Origin: Takakia lepidozioides | Taxonomy: Eukaryota > Plantae > Bryophyta | DNA length: 64,000 bases | Direction of reading: 5' to 3' | Assembly (NCBI GenBank): GCA_030704615.1 | Contig: CM060733.1 | Coordinates: 48,174,001-48,238,000, forward strand | The notes under the pieces: generated by a model | Databases searched by the model: none | Told to the model about the DNA's origin: nothing | What the model saw: only the letters and a program-made list of their open reading frames with translations | Translations under genes and position numbers: made by a program | Shown here: piece after piece, positions 34,313-48,233 of the stretch | How positions within the stretch are numbered: position 1 is the first letter of the stretch | Layout of the letters: every line of letters begins with the position of its first letter

Positions 34313-37300
34313 ATGGCTGTGATGACTCATGCGAGCTTACACGAGGTTTTGGGCACAGCGCTAGTACTAGGCGTACTGATGGCAGGTGTGTTGTGTGGGG
34401 CAACACCACCATCACCTAAGTCTCCAGTCTTGCAGGGGCACGTAAAGTCGAAAATGGCTGATGATCACGACGTAGGCGAGAGCGGTCGGGTTGTGGACGT
34501 GGAGGTGTTGTTGGCATTTAAGAATGGCATACTTAAAGATCCGAAAGGAGTTCTAACGAATTGGAGCGCAGCGGCAGAAAGAGACATTTGTCACTCATGG
34601 AACGGGCGTCACCTGTGATGAGCACATGCACACGTGGTAGAGCTGAATCTTGGAGGCATGGAGCTCCAAGGCACCATCAGTCCTTTGCTTGGCAATCTCT
34701 CCTTCTTGCAAGTTCTCAACTTGTCCCACAATGCTTTCACAGGTGCTGTCCCTACAAACTTGAGTTGTTTCTTACTCGATGATCTTTTCTGATCCAGTAT
34801 GAGGATAAAAGATGCAAGTTAGCTGCATATTTGCACCAGGAACTCGTTGACTTTTAGGCATACCCTTGAGCAATAGATGTTTGTGAGTTGCTTGTGGAGG
34901 CTCTCTCTTTCTTGTTTCATGATTTCTCTTGTCTCATAGTTTTGCAAGCGTTGCAAGCTTTCCGCTGACGCTATAAACTATCATTTCATCTCTATTCCCC
35001 TAGAGCTAAGAACTTTACAGAGCCTGAGATTTTCTTACCTCCCAATATACAACAACCTCACAGGCGTCATTCCTGCTAGTTTGGGAGATTGCTCATATTT
35101 GACGGAGCTCGACTTGGGCACCAATCAACTGAGTGGCAACATACCTGTGGAGCTAGGGATGTTGCAAACTCTAACACTCCTTTACCTTTGGAACAACATA
35201 GGCACCGTTCCTGCTAGTTTGGGAAACTGCTCATCTTTGGTGGAGGTGGTGTTGTCCGACAATCAGTTGAGTGGGAACATACCCATGGAGCTAGGGAGGT
35301 TGCAAAACCTAATGGTCCTTGCCCTATGGGAAAACAACCTCACAGGCACCATTCCAGCTAGTCTGGGAAACTGCTCATCTCTGGTTTCACTGGACTTGGA
35401 CACCAATCAACTCAGTGGGAACATACCGATGGAACTAGGGAGGTTGCAAAACCTAACGTTCCAGCTAGTCTGGGAAACTGCTCATCGTTGATGGAGCTAG
35501 TCTTGGACTCCAATCACCTGAGTGGGAGCATACCGATGGAACTAGGGAGGTTGCAAAACCTGACAATGCTTTACTTACGGAAGAACAACCTCACAGGCAC
35601 CGTTCCTACTAGTTTGGGAGACTGCTCACTTTTGAGGAAGTTGGCACTGTCCTCCAGTCAGCTCACTGGAAACATACCGATGGAGCTAGGGAGATTGCAA
35701 AAACTAACAATTCTTCACCTGTGGAACAACAGCCTCAATGGCACAATTCCAGCTAGTTTGGGAAATTGCTCATCTTTGGTGCAGCTGGACTTGAGCAACA
35801 ATCAGTTGAGTGGGAACATACTGATGGAGCTAGGGAGGTTACAAAAGCTAATACTCCTTAACCTTTACAAAAACAGACTCACAGGCACCATTCCAGCTAG
35901 TTTGGGAGATTGCTCATCTTTGGTGGTGCTACCATTGAACAACAACCAGCTGAGTGGGAACATACCAGTGGAGCTAGGGCGGCTGCAAAACCTAACGGTA
36001 CTGTACCTATTGAACAATAGGCTTACAGGCATCATTCCTGCTAGTTTGGGAAATTGCTCATCTTTGGTGGAGTTGGACTTGAATAACAACAAGCTAACTG
36101 GGAATATACCGATGGAGTTGGGGCAGTAGCAAAACCTAACAAAACTTTACCTTCAAAGCAACAGGATCACAGGCACCATTCCTGCTAGTTTAGGAAATTG
36201 TTCCTCTCTTGTAGAACTAATGTTGGAATCCAATCAGCTCGGCGGGAACATACCCAGCGAACTTGAGAACTGTTCGGGTTTGCAGAAACTAAAACTTGGT
36301 AACAACTTAATTACAGGACAGTTCTCATTAGATTTGGCAAAGTTCAGCAACTCTCTTCAGACTTTGTCAGTTAACGCCAATCGATTTACAGGACAGGTTC
36401 CCATTTCCTTGGCTAACTGTACCCATCTTGTGATGATTGATGTCAGTGGAAACCAATTCAATGGGAGTATCCCAGTTTTTCAGGGTAGTGATTTTCAGGA
36501 ACTACGGGTGCTCAGTTTGGGACACAACACACTTAGTGGCCCAATTCCAGATTGGGTTTGGAATCTGACTCAATTGTAGGTGTTGGATCTCTCCCACAAC
36601 TACTTCACAGGTGAGCTCCCACAAAGATTAAGTCAGTTGCTGGGCTTCAATGTTAAGGCGAATGCATCAACGGGACTCAGTCGATTCAATGGAAGTCTTG
36701 GTCCTTCCACTCTTTTTGCTGAGGATCTCCAAATCACAGTCAAGGGCAACACATTGATACTCGAGTATATCTTACTGACCACAACTTCTGTTGATGTCTC
36801 GGTAAATGCGCTCAGTGGCGAGATTCCAATAGAGATTGGACAACTAGAGCAGCTCCTCTACCTGAATTTGTCCCACAATTCCTTCACAGGCCCCATTCCA
36901 GGGAGCATGTCCAATAATAGCGCATTGGAGTCACTGGAGCTCTCGTACAATGCACTAAGCGGTACAATTCCAGACAACCTAGTAGGCTTGAGCGCCTTGG
37001 GGTTCCTTAATCTCTCCCACAACAACCTCTCTGGACAGATTCCAACAAATGGTGGCTTCAGCACAAAATTCCTAAACTCGACGTTCCTCGACAATCCAGC
37101 TCTATGTGGGTTTCCTCTCTCCAAGCAATGCCTCTCACTAGGAACTATCAGCTCGACCCCAACTGGCCCAGCTAGCGATACTGTTGAAACCAGATCCAGA
37201 GACTGGATTGGAGAGATTCTGTTGATTCCCAGCTTTGTCTTGGGCACGACAATAGGGTTTGTCTCTGTAGTAACAACGGTCATTGTCTGGGCTCCAGCGC

Positions 37301-37371
37301 GCCATTTGATATTGCCACCCACCATGGTGAAGTACAATCACGAGTATGGAGCATTTTCCTCTCGATCGTGA
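34313..37371 (+). pseudogene. LRR receptor-like protein 2, pseudogene paralogue of RLP1
   Basis: The 5' region is near-identical to 20930-21620. Lesions: frameshift ~34604, non-LRR segment ~34765-34990, deletion ~35460, and in-frame stops TAG 36127-36129 (from TTG) and TAG 36577-36579 (from CAG). Confidence 0.88.
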
Positions 37372-38748
37372 AGCCATGGTGATGTGCTTTGTGGCATGTG
37401 TTTTAGTAGCCAAATGCAAAAGAGGGGGGCGGGCAACAATTCGAAAATCATTGAAAGACATTGGGAAGACACACAGATGGGAACAGGAGAACGCAATAAC
37501 GACGCCAAGGCTAATACCACCAAAGAATTCCTTAACAAGAATTGGCTTTGCTCTCGAGGCTGCCGCGACGGCATATGCAGGCAAGTTCCTCGGATGGGCC
37601 ATCTCCGGGGCGATCCCTCCGTTCCTTGTAACTTCTCACTCACTGATCTCACAGCTTGCGCTTACACTCTGTGTCTGTCGCGATCTCTACGCCATGGCCC
37701 TACGTCTGCCCAGTGTTGGTTCAATGTAGAAAGGGAGATTATGGTAATGTGAATGTATGGTGTTATTTGACAGACATATGGTGTAATGTCCGACATAAAA
37801 CATGGGGTGTCCTTTGAAATGAGGAGAAGCAGATGCTTGGAGTTCCATATCACACAGTAAAACTTGCTTTCATGAGCAATGAAGGAACATTGGTGACGTT
37901 TGCTTCTGCAGCAGCAATGCCACTCATAGATGATGATCCTACAGTGTTCCACATCTATGGTGAGAGAGAGGGCAACATTATTTAGAGCTGGTGCCATCTG
38001 AATCCAGCATTCCCAGCTCCTTCAGCTTTTTGTTGGCAGCAGCCATCTCTTCCTTAACATGGGTTCACGCTTCTTAGAGCACGCAGCTATAGAGAACTCT
38101 GGGAGTCATGCCAGAAATCAGCACCTGCTTCCTGGGACCCCAGCAGTATCACAAATTGTTGCATGAAACTATTGACAAAATTTGCTTACTACTCTACAAC
38201 TTTCACACATGCTCCGAAATCTGGTATCAGACTGTAGGCAATTGTATTCTGAAGTGGGTGGAGTAGGTGGACACCGTCCCACAACCTTGAACTCCAACAT
38301 GCACAAACCAATGCTATAGTGTGAGGGGAGTCATGCAAATCCAATTCATGCCGCATCAATCAATAACAGAGTACCCAAATACCATTACAATCACTATGCG
38401 AACTGCCATGGGAGTGGATCTTGGTGGGTTAAGGCTAGCTTTCGGCAACATTCATGCAAGGGATCTATCTGAAGCAGCACATGAGAAAGATACAAACATG
38501 TCCAAATTTAAGATGCTGAACAAACTTGTGAAGAAGGCTGCCGCTCTACTCAAGCTCATTATGAACCGTCTTCTCTATCATTTTCAAGCTTGAAGAAGAT
38601 CCACCAGAATCATGACAGCACTCTGATTTCCTTCTTCTATCACCAGAGATAGTTGAAGTCCCCTTCATTCCTCACCTGCTCCAGTCAAGTGCAGTTATGG
38701 GCTGACTTCCCACCTATGCTGGGTAGTCGGCTATTGGAAGGTTGCAAA

Positions 38749-38871
38749 GGAAATGCCCTCGAGAGTACATCCTAGTCAATATTCTCGGGAAATTGTGGAT
38801 GAACTGAGTAGCTACACAGATCAATGTATGAAGCAAGACAGAAAAACATTGTTTCACCAGTAATCCCCACA
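38749..38871 (-). pseudogene. Stub of a deleted PPR-DYW gene: last codons CGDYW* and the 3' UTR
   Basis: Minus strand reads TGT GGG GAT TAC TGG TGA at 38871-38854. The downstream sequence matches the PPR gene 2 3' UTR (25369-25500), e.g. GCTACACAGATCAATG.ATGAAGCAAGACA. Confidence 0.85.
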
Positions 38872-39301
38872 GAAACATGCGTTGGTTTGAAGTTTGAACT
38901 CCGGGCCACAGAGACCCAACTAGTGTGCTGAGTAGACAGGCATTGTCGCGATGTGGATGCATGTCGATTGTTGAGAGGTGTTCTGAATGCCGTAGGTAAG
39001 GCGTCGGAGGATTATATTGTCTCGCTCTCCTGCTGAGCATTGCATTGAGGTTTGTGGGTCTTTCTTCGACACAGTAGGAAACGATCTGCAAGTCGGGTAT
39101 AATAGTTCGAGCAGTTTGCGAGAAGGCTAGTGATAAAGATGCAGTGATGACGCCCGTTCTCTCCATGCACTCTCCCTTGGCTATGTCAGCCACCCAGCCG
39201 TGCTTCCTCCATCCCTCGTGTGCTTCTAACCGAGGGAGTCCAGCTCGTGTCAACTCGAAGGTCCAGCATTTTTCAGTTTTCCTCGCAAACGTCCAGCAGG
39301 C

Positions 39302-42300
39302 ATGGCGGTCTCCATCGCTGCATCAGCTGAAAGCTGGGTCGGTCTCCCTTCAGGTACTGTGGTGCTGGCGGAATTGGGATTGCGGTACCCTTTCCTGAGG
39401 ACAAGAAGAAGTACCCTCTTTCAAGGGAGAGGAAAATTCGAGTATGTCAGCAAGGAGAAACTGCTATGTTGTGTGACTGTGCGTAATGGCGGTAGGCATG
39501 ATGTATGTTACAGATGGGTTAGACATGGGAGATTGTCATAGAAAAACTTTGAATTCCGATGGAGTTCTTAGTGCTCAAGTATTTCCTTGTGCAGTGGTAA
39601 TGGGAAGTTGTCTAGTTTCCATTGTGGGTGCTCTTGCAGAATCTAGTGTTTTGTTGAGAAAAGGACAGGGAAAAGGAGGAAGGTAGCGACTAATTGTACA
39701 TGCATACTGTGCCTCCTCAGTGAGACAGTGAGCGCAAAATCTCGACTGCTCATTGGCACGTTTGCAGGACTTAATTCACTTAGGAGTAATAGGAAACAAG
39801 AAAGAAATTGATTGTAGGAGGATTCTACACCACCTAGATCATCAGCATTGAGGTATGAGTGCAAGGGAGCTGTGACAACTTCTGGTTGGATCTGAAGTTC
39901 TTAATTGCAGCCACCTAATTTTGATGGCACTGTATGTGCTGATTACCTTCCATTAAAGTGTATCTATTGCTTTTCAAGAGTCGGTTAATATGTTGCAATT
40001 GGCATCAATTTGTATTCCGAGTATCCTAGCGTTGTCGGTTTTTCTTCCTGGAGACGGGGAAATGACTTTTCGGTCTGTGCAACTCAAACGCATGGAGATT
40101 GGAAGGCACCGGCACACATAACAGTGACAATAGTGACAGGCTTGTTGATTGCTTTGTCTAGATGCAAGAGAGGCAAGGCAGTGGCAAAATGTGTGGAAGC
40201 AAGGAACTCTGCATTGTTGCAACCTCAACTCTTTCAACAGCAGCACCTGGCCAGCCTCCTTCAGCACCATCCAAGCAGGTGGACTTAGGAAGCATGGTCT
40301 CACATTTTATTTTGGATTCTCAAGAGGGTAGTACAGAGCATGACAGGATTTCTTGAAGTTATTATTGTATATATTCTAAAAAGAAGTCAAGCTCCAGAGT
40401 ACTGCGCACTTAGCAAGGGAGACAAGGGAGAGGAGGAGGGGCATGGAAGGCGAGCTCATACTTTGAAGAGTTTGTTATTAGTGAAATTTATGAGGTGGCA
40501 ATTGTTGTGGCAGGAGAGCGATGTACGTGTTGTGAAGATCACCAGTGACACCCTCAGTCTAAGGGGGCGCAGCCAGGAGCGTTTGAAATTTGAGGTCTGT
40601 ATATAGAATGGTTGAGTGTTTGTACCATGGATGTCCATCAGGGAATGTCAGGGTTTCCTAGCAATTGGTGTTGTATTATCTTTACCAGTATCCTGACCGA
40701 GAAATAATTTTGTGCCAAGTTCTTACTATGGAGGGATGTAGTAACGAGCTCATTTTATCGTTCATAGCTGATGTACTCTTTGTATGAAATCACATGTAAC
40801 TTGATCTATAATGACTTAGCCGGGAAGATTATTCATGAAGTAATTTTACACCTGGTCCCGCTGTAATTGTCTGCAGGTTGAATATGGCCTTAAGCGAGGG
40901 ACCACTGACAACTCTTACCTCATTAAGGGGGCAACAGCTACGGCATTGATTGATGTCCCTGACCAGGCATTTTCCAGAGCCTATGTGGAGGCTCTTAGGC
41001 ACACCATTGATCTCAAGAGCATAAAATACTTAATTCTGGGCCACATCAGCCCTAAACGCACAGATAGCCTCATTGGCCTGGCTGAGGGATTGCCAAAAGG
41101 AGGTATTTGTTGCCCGAAGCTCTTCTCAAAATGGTGACATCTTTGTACCTTCTTGCAATGCATATCTCCCACTTGATTCTTTTACCTCTCCCCTCTTGTG
41201 GTTCTCATCTGGTCCTGTGGCTTTTTTGTGTTTTAGATATCTCATACTTAATGTGGTTGCATATATGTCCCTAATCAGGTGCTTACATTTTTTCTGAATT
41301 GTCTGGAAGAGTAACTGGACACCACAAAGTTTGAAGTTTAGGATTGATTCTTGTTAGAAGTTGACTGGGGAAAATTTCGAGATAAAAACCTTATGGGCAC
41401 TGGAGAGATTGAGAGAGAGGGATCTTCCCCCTTTCCTAGAAAAAGAAAAAGAGAAAAAGGAAAAAGAGACTTATCTTGACAGCAAATAAGTCGAGAATGC
41501 CGGGAAGCTGATTGTTCGAACACGTGATGGTGTATATTGTTTAATAACTCTTATTTGGTTGTGCAATGGGCTTGCTCAGCTGCCCCATTTCAGGTCTATT
41601 GCTCAAATCCCGCAGCTCAACAATTAAAAGCGTCGGTTCCAGGCACATTATTGGAGAAGGCTTTTTTTGTGAACATTGTTAAGGCAGATCAGAGTCTAGA
41701 CCTTGGAGGAGGTCAGTCTGTTTCTCACTCAACCCGTCTCAAAGTTTGGACACGGTCAATGTACCCCACTTGACTCCCGGGCCATTAATACTTTTTACTC
41801 AATTTGAGTTACTTGCAAGGTTACTTGACTGAAGTTGCAAATAGAAGTGAAGATTCAGTATTCCCCACACCTTAATGATGTCATAGTAGTCCTGTTTTCT
41901 CAGCCATGATTGTAAAGCTGTTCGCTGTTCTATCTTGATGAGTAATCATGCTTAAATCTCAGGTACTGAAGTAAGATGGATGTTTACATGGATATTGTGA
42001 AGCCAGGACATAACCTTCAGTTCATTTTGACACCTACACCAAGGTGGCCTGATAGCATGTCCATTTACGACCCTGCAAACCAGCTTCTCTTCACCAACAA
42101 ACTTTTCAGGTACTCACCCCATTTCTCGCTTTCTTTCGTTTTCCCCTTTTGTGTGAGAGGTATGTCCAGCAGGAAAGGGGAAAACACAGCAAGACAAACA
42201 TTATGCAACAGGAATCTGGATTCTCTCTCTCTCTCTGTCTCTCTCTCGCTTCTCTCTGTAGAGGAAAGGGGGATTGGAAATGCCCGTTGTGTGGGCAACC

Positions 42301-45300
42301 TAAAGACATATTCAGTTTCTGATTCATTGTCCTGGGTACTCTCACCAGAGAGATGCCCTCTTCAAATCCATCAAGGGGTTTGTTCCTGTACCTCTGTTTA
42401 CCAACCTTTAAAAGCTCGAGGCTGAGCCAAAAGCCCAGGCCCTTTTGGGGCCTAGTTATTGGGCAAATCACACACAGCAGATTGATGTGTGTGTGAAGGG
42501 AGTCTAGATGATTCTGGAAAACTTGGATCAATTGTCTGTTCCAAGGTTAAGTCATACTACCGGCGTGAGCCCCTGACAAAGGTAGTTTCTGTCCCTTTGT
42601 GTTCCGCTCAAACTGGGCCCGGGGTCAATGGCCACAAGGCTACGGCAACAACGTCTTATGAGTACATTCTCTTCTCTCTCTCTAAAGTATCATTTTATCT
42701 TAGTTCATTTCTCTCTCTAAACTAAAATTTGTTCATATCAAGGTAAGTCCCACTACGAGAGTCAGGCCCTCACAAAGGTAGTGTCTGTTCCCTTCAGTTC
42801 CGCTCAAACTGGGCGCGGGGTCTATGGCCACAAGGCTACAACAAACAACATCTTATGAGTCCATTCTCTAAACTAAAATTAGTAACCATGCAACCGGGCT
42901 GTCGAGTTTACAAGTGCCTCTGTGAGCGCCTTAATGGCAGTTATTAGATATACCTGCAGCTGAGCTGCGGGGATAAGAAAACCCCTGGTAGGTGTGAACC
43001 CCACAAAAGGCTTAGTTTTCCACAGGGGTAATGGCTGTAAGACTATGGCAAGCCAACATTCGGAGGGAATGGTATTGAGTACATTCTCTCTCTCTCTGTC
43101 TCTTTGCATGAGCTATGGCCACAAGGCTACAGCAAATGTCTTGAGTGGCTCTTTGGTTGCTGCTCTTTTATTGTATCCAATGGGCCCTCTAGGCAGTGAA
43201 TGTAGAAATGTTTCTCTTCTCCCTCTGCCTCTCACTGTGCTAGCACTGTCAAGCAGGCTTTGTGTACTGCAAGGGTTGCGTAAGTTATCTATTAATTGGT
43301 GCCTGGAGATGATTAAGAAGTGCCACACAAGCATTGGGGTCTGTGGCCACTTAGGCTAACGAAACCAAAAGCCTATGAACATATCTCTCTGCTTAGGTTC
43401 TCATTTTCCAACTCTCATTTCTGTTTTGTGCGAATGGAGAAAAACCTGACCCTCTCTCCCGTATGGATATAATTTTTCCGTGTTTTCTTCTTCTACTGCT
43501 TGCTCGACGATAGAAGTCTTCCAGTCTTCTTTCAATGTGATCTTCCTTCTAGGAGTTCTTTTCACCATTTTCAGAAAAACTTCAGTGAAATTTCCCAGCA
43601 TGACTGGCCACTATATAACTTTTTTTTCGACATTTCACAGTCACAGGTAAGGTGGAAAGCTTAGCTTAAGATGAGAAACTGTGTCCTATTGTTTGTACAG
43701 TGCACATGCCTGTGGCGAAATCGACTTTGATATAGGAGGGTGGGAGGAATACGGAGAGGACTGGCGCTTCTTCTATGAGTGCATGCTTTCACCTGTTCCA
43801 AAGCAGGTCTGGTGGTATTCTTTTTACTGTAGGTTGCATAATGAATATGGGAGCTGGAAACCTAAAGTGTGAAGGAATGATTGGGAGGCTGTCTCATACA
43901 TAGAGCTGTTTTTCCAGTCTATGTTAACTGTTTACTCCCATAGACTTGCTCATTGTCCTGGGAGTCTCAAGAAGGAAGTACTTGCTAGGGTAGTCCCATA
44001 TACGAATCGGTGATACTTGGTTGCACTTACCTTGCTGTCTCTTCTTGTAGAAATAAATGTAGTGAGGCTAACAAATTTGTGCGTTCTGGAGTGGAAATGG
44101 ATCTAGTGGGTTCCTCCAGGCTTGGAAGACCCAATATTGAGATTCAACGCCCGTTGTTGGGCCTGTAGTTGGGTTCCTAAGATTGAGTTAATGTGTACAC
44201 TTCGCTCAGGCAGAAGCTGCTTTGGTGAAGCTGCCGGTGGTGGCACAGTTCTCTACTCCATCGTACAACGACAAGAAAGGCATTGACATTGTAAAGGTAG
44301 GAATACTACCTGCCAGCACTCTTCATTGACACTTCTATCACATATGGGGCTTTCCTGCCATAGATGTATTTGGTGAGTGAGAGAGTTTGTTCACAAACTC
44401 CAAGGGCTAAGTGGTTCTTGAACGACTGAGCTGACACTAAACTTTTCCTCTTGACTCTGGTTTTGTTGCACTACTTACACAGGCTGACATAAAGTACATT
44501 CTATCGAGCATACTGGGTGCATTGAATCTACCAATAAGCAAAGCAGCAATTTTCTCAGAGAGGAGTGGACCAGAAGGGTTGTTGGTGACTTCAGCAATTT
44601 GCCCCCTTCATGGACCGATTGTGCGCTCCTCTCTCACAGAGCTTGTGCGGGAATATCAGGCAGTAAGTATAAATTTCTGTGACCTACACTTTATTGAATG
44701 GAGTCACTGAGAAGCTGCCACTGGCTGCTGAAGGGAACAGCCGGAGTGAATTTCCCATCCATGATGGCTTATGCGGAGACCAACCCGAAGGAGGGTCACA
44801 TCATTCAGCACTGTCTTGGGCTGCTGGAGAGAAGTACTAGATGTAGAAATCATAGAATCTAAGAGTTGATGTATTCAGTACCTTTCTAGAGCTGAGAGGG
44901 TATATTTGTGGTGTACATTCTATGTAGTGGACCCAAGTAAAGCTGAAGCAAGTTGAAGAGGCCACCATTGCAGTCATTTATGCATCAGCATATGGAAACA
45001 CAGCTGCTCTTGCCCAAGCTATAAGGTTGGTATGGCCTCTTCCTTTTCAGTTTCTGTATGTGATACTTATGTCATTCTGATATTTGAACGTATTTTGTTC
45101 TTCCTTTTCTTTTTAACCAGATAGTTCCAAATGTGCTCATGAAGATTTTGTAATTCGTATTGTCTGTGTCTCTTAGTCATTGGCTCTTGGGAAGGCTTTG
45201 GTGTAGTGGGACTGATTCAGTGCTACAGGCCCCAGCACTGGCAACGAATTTTAGATTGGAAAATGTCTCCAACTAGTCTATTCCTTTTCTCAACTGGCCA

Positions 45301-48200
45301 ACAAGGTCTAATGCCTGTGGGCTATCACCAGCAGGGTGTTCTGAATAAGCCATCTGTCTCCCAAAGGGTCCCCCAAAAAATGAGATGGAGCTAGCCCTGG
45401 CATGCCCATCAATCCAACCTTAATGCATTTAGCTCACAAGTAGTTTGAGGGCTTTGGCTGATTCCAACAACAGTATTTATCAAAGTACATAACGTGCTTG
45501 TAATAACACTCGGGCTGCATGTGGGGTTCATGGGATGCTGCATGGAAGTCGAGGAATTTCAAAGGCTGGAGTGGGAATCGAGAGCGTGAATGCTGAGTTC
45601 TGCAGCAGTGATGAGATTATGGCTGTAGTGCAACGTTGTAGTGGGTTTGTAATTGGCAGCCCAACACTTGCAGGCCACATGCCCACTCCTATCCAGGTGT
45701 GCACTTCGGGAATGGTGGATGGAGTAAAGAACCAAAATAAAAGAGAAAGTAATCCTTGTGATTGCAACAGGAAAGGTGGGAGAGGGAGCGGATGTGGGAG
45801 AGAGATGAATGAAGAAAGAGGTCCAACCTGAGATAGATTGAGGTTCTTGGTTATGGAGTTTGTTAGTGGGGGTTTTGCTTCTTTCCTTGTGGAAGAGAGA
45901 AATGTTTTTGGGATGCACCAAGTGGTTTTGGTTTTGTACAGCAGCCTTAGACAATTCTCTTAACACTCTTAGCACTTCATGCCCTCCTTTTTTTTGTCAG
46001 AATGCTTTGGGAGTTATATTAAAGGACAATGATGCGAGGACCAAGCCATGCGGTGTGTTCGGGTCATTCGGGTGGAGTGGAGAAGCAGTGGATGAGATTG
46101 AACAGCGCCTGAAAGATGGCGGATTCTCCTTTGCGTTTCCTTCCCTTCGGTGCAAGTTCAAGGCAAGTATGTGTTTCCTCATTGCCTGAAGGCAAACTGT
46201 GATCTTGTGATCTTTGTGTCGCTTTTTCAGCAGTAGATACTGCGTTTTCCTAAACTCTGATGGCTCCATGGGGTGATTCTGGTGCCAGCCAACAGAAGCA
46301 ACACTCCAGACGTGTGAGGAGAGTGGTACTGATCTAGCACAGGCAGTCAGAAAAGCCAAGCTAAAGCAACAGCGCTCTTCAGGTGGTGCTCAGTACACCG
46401 CAGGAACAAATATTGAGCAGGTATGAATTTTTCCTGGCTTAAGATCTGATAACATCCAATAGAGTGAGGGGAGAGAGATGGTGAGTGCAGAGTTAAGCTG
46501 CATCTGGTTGAAGAATGGATGCTAACAATATGCTTGATAGCATTTAAGTGAAGTGTTGCATTGTTATTTATTAAGGGGATGGTTGGTAAGCATTGTAGAT
46601 TTTGAGATGGTCGTTTTAAATATATCTTGTGGGTATTTGGACTTGCAGGCAGTGGGTAGAGTGGTGGGATCTCTGTGTGTGCTATCTGCAAGAAGCGGGG
46701 ATGCAGAGAGTGCCATGCTTGCATCATGGGTGAGCCAGGCCAGCTTTGTTCCTCCTGGCCTTACAGTAGCGGTGAGTCAAAGGCCTCTTTGTACACTGAA
46801 ATTGCTTAACATTCTCATGCTGTGGATCTCAAGTTGTCTTCTCTTTTTGTGCATCCATTCCACTTTCATTATCTGAAGCACCATGTCAGAGTTGTCAAAA
46901 AGCGGGTGGGGGGGGGGGGTTGTAAAATGTGCTCTTTAATGTTGCACTGATTTGACTAGTTCACCTAAAAATCCGGGGAAACATAAACTAGGAGTACAGT
47001 GATGTGTTGGTCTCTGACTTTCAGGCTTTGGGTGGCAGGTTGCAAAGGACCGGGCCATTGAGGGCTTAGTGTTGAATGGAGGCAAGTTTGTACTCAATGT
47101 ATTGGGGCAGGGAAAGAGTGCGGCTGTAAGCAAGCAGCTATTGAAACCCTTCAAACCAGGGGAACCCCGTTTTGAGGGGCTGGAAACGAAGCTAATTGAC
47201 AGCGGCAACACTGTGCTTGTAGATGCGGTAAACATTAGTATCTGCAACAGAGGTGTCCTTGATTTGCTCATGCAGAGAAATGTACTCATAAGATGTTGTT
47301 TGTTGTAGGCTTGTGGCCATAGACCCCGCGGGCGGAACAGTGATGAAGAGAGAGAGAAAATGTACTCATGCCATTCCCTGCGAACGGTGGCTTGCCATAG
47401 CCTTATGGCCATTGACCTCGTGGGAAACTAACCCTCCTGGAGCCTTTGCCTTTGTGGGGTTCGTGCCCACCAGGGTTGAGGAGAGAATGTACTCATAAGA
47501 TGTTTGCCGTAGCCTTGCGGCCATTGACCCCGCGCCCAGTTTGAGCAGGGTTGAGGAGAGAGAGAGAGAGAGAGAGAATGTACTCATAAGGCTTTGTTTG
47601 CCGTAGCCTTGTGGCCATTGACCCCTCGCCCAGTTTGAGCAGAACACAAAGGGACAGAAGCTACCTTTGTCAGGGGCTGACACCGGTAGTATGACTTACC
47701 TTGAAACAATCAATTGATTCGAGTTCTCCAGATATCCTCTAGAAATCCCTTCACACAAACATCAATCTGCTGTGGGTGATTTGCCCAATAACTAGGCTCC
47801 AAAAGGGCCTGGCTTTTGGCTCAGCCTCGAGATTTTCAAAGTTGGTAAACAGAGGTACAGGAACAAATCCCTTGATGGATTTGAAGAGGGTGTTCTGTTG
47901 CCTAATTATGTCAAATTTTCCATGGGCAGCACTTCCTGGACTGGTGTACCTGGCGCATCTCTCATGGATAAGTTCCCTTTGCACATCCACCGCAGTTGGT
48001 TGATGGGATTGAAGATAAATATAAATTGACTCCCCTCTCTGGTGGTGCAGCATTACTTGTGCAGTGGCCTAAGTGATAATGGAATCATGATGATGAACAG
48101 AAGCTTTGATGACACCTCGACAGTGTACTATCACCTGGAAAGAAGGCTATTACCTATCCCTCAAGATTTAGCTTAAAAGATTGCGTCGACATGACGGAAC

Positions 48201-48233
<33 letters not shown>

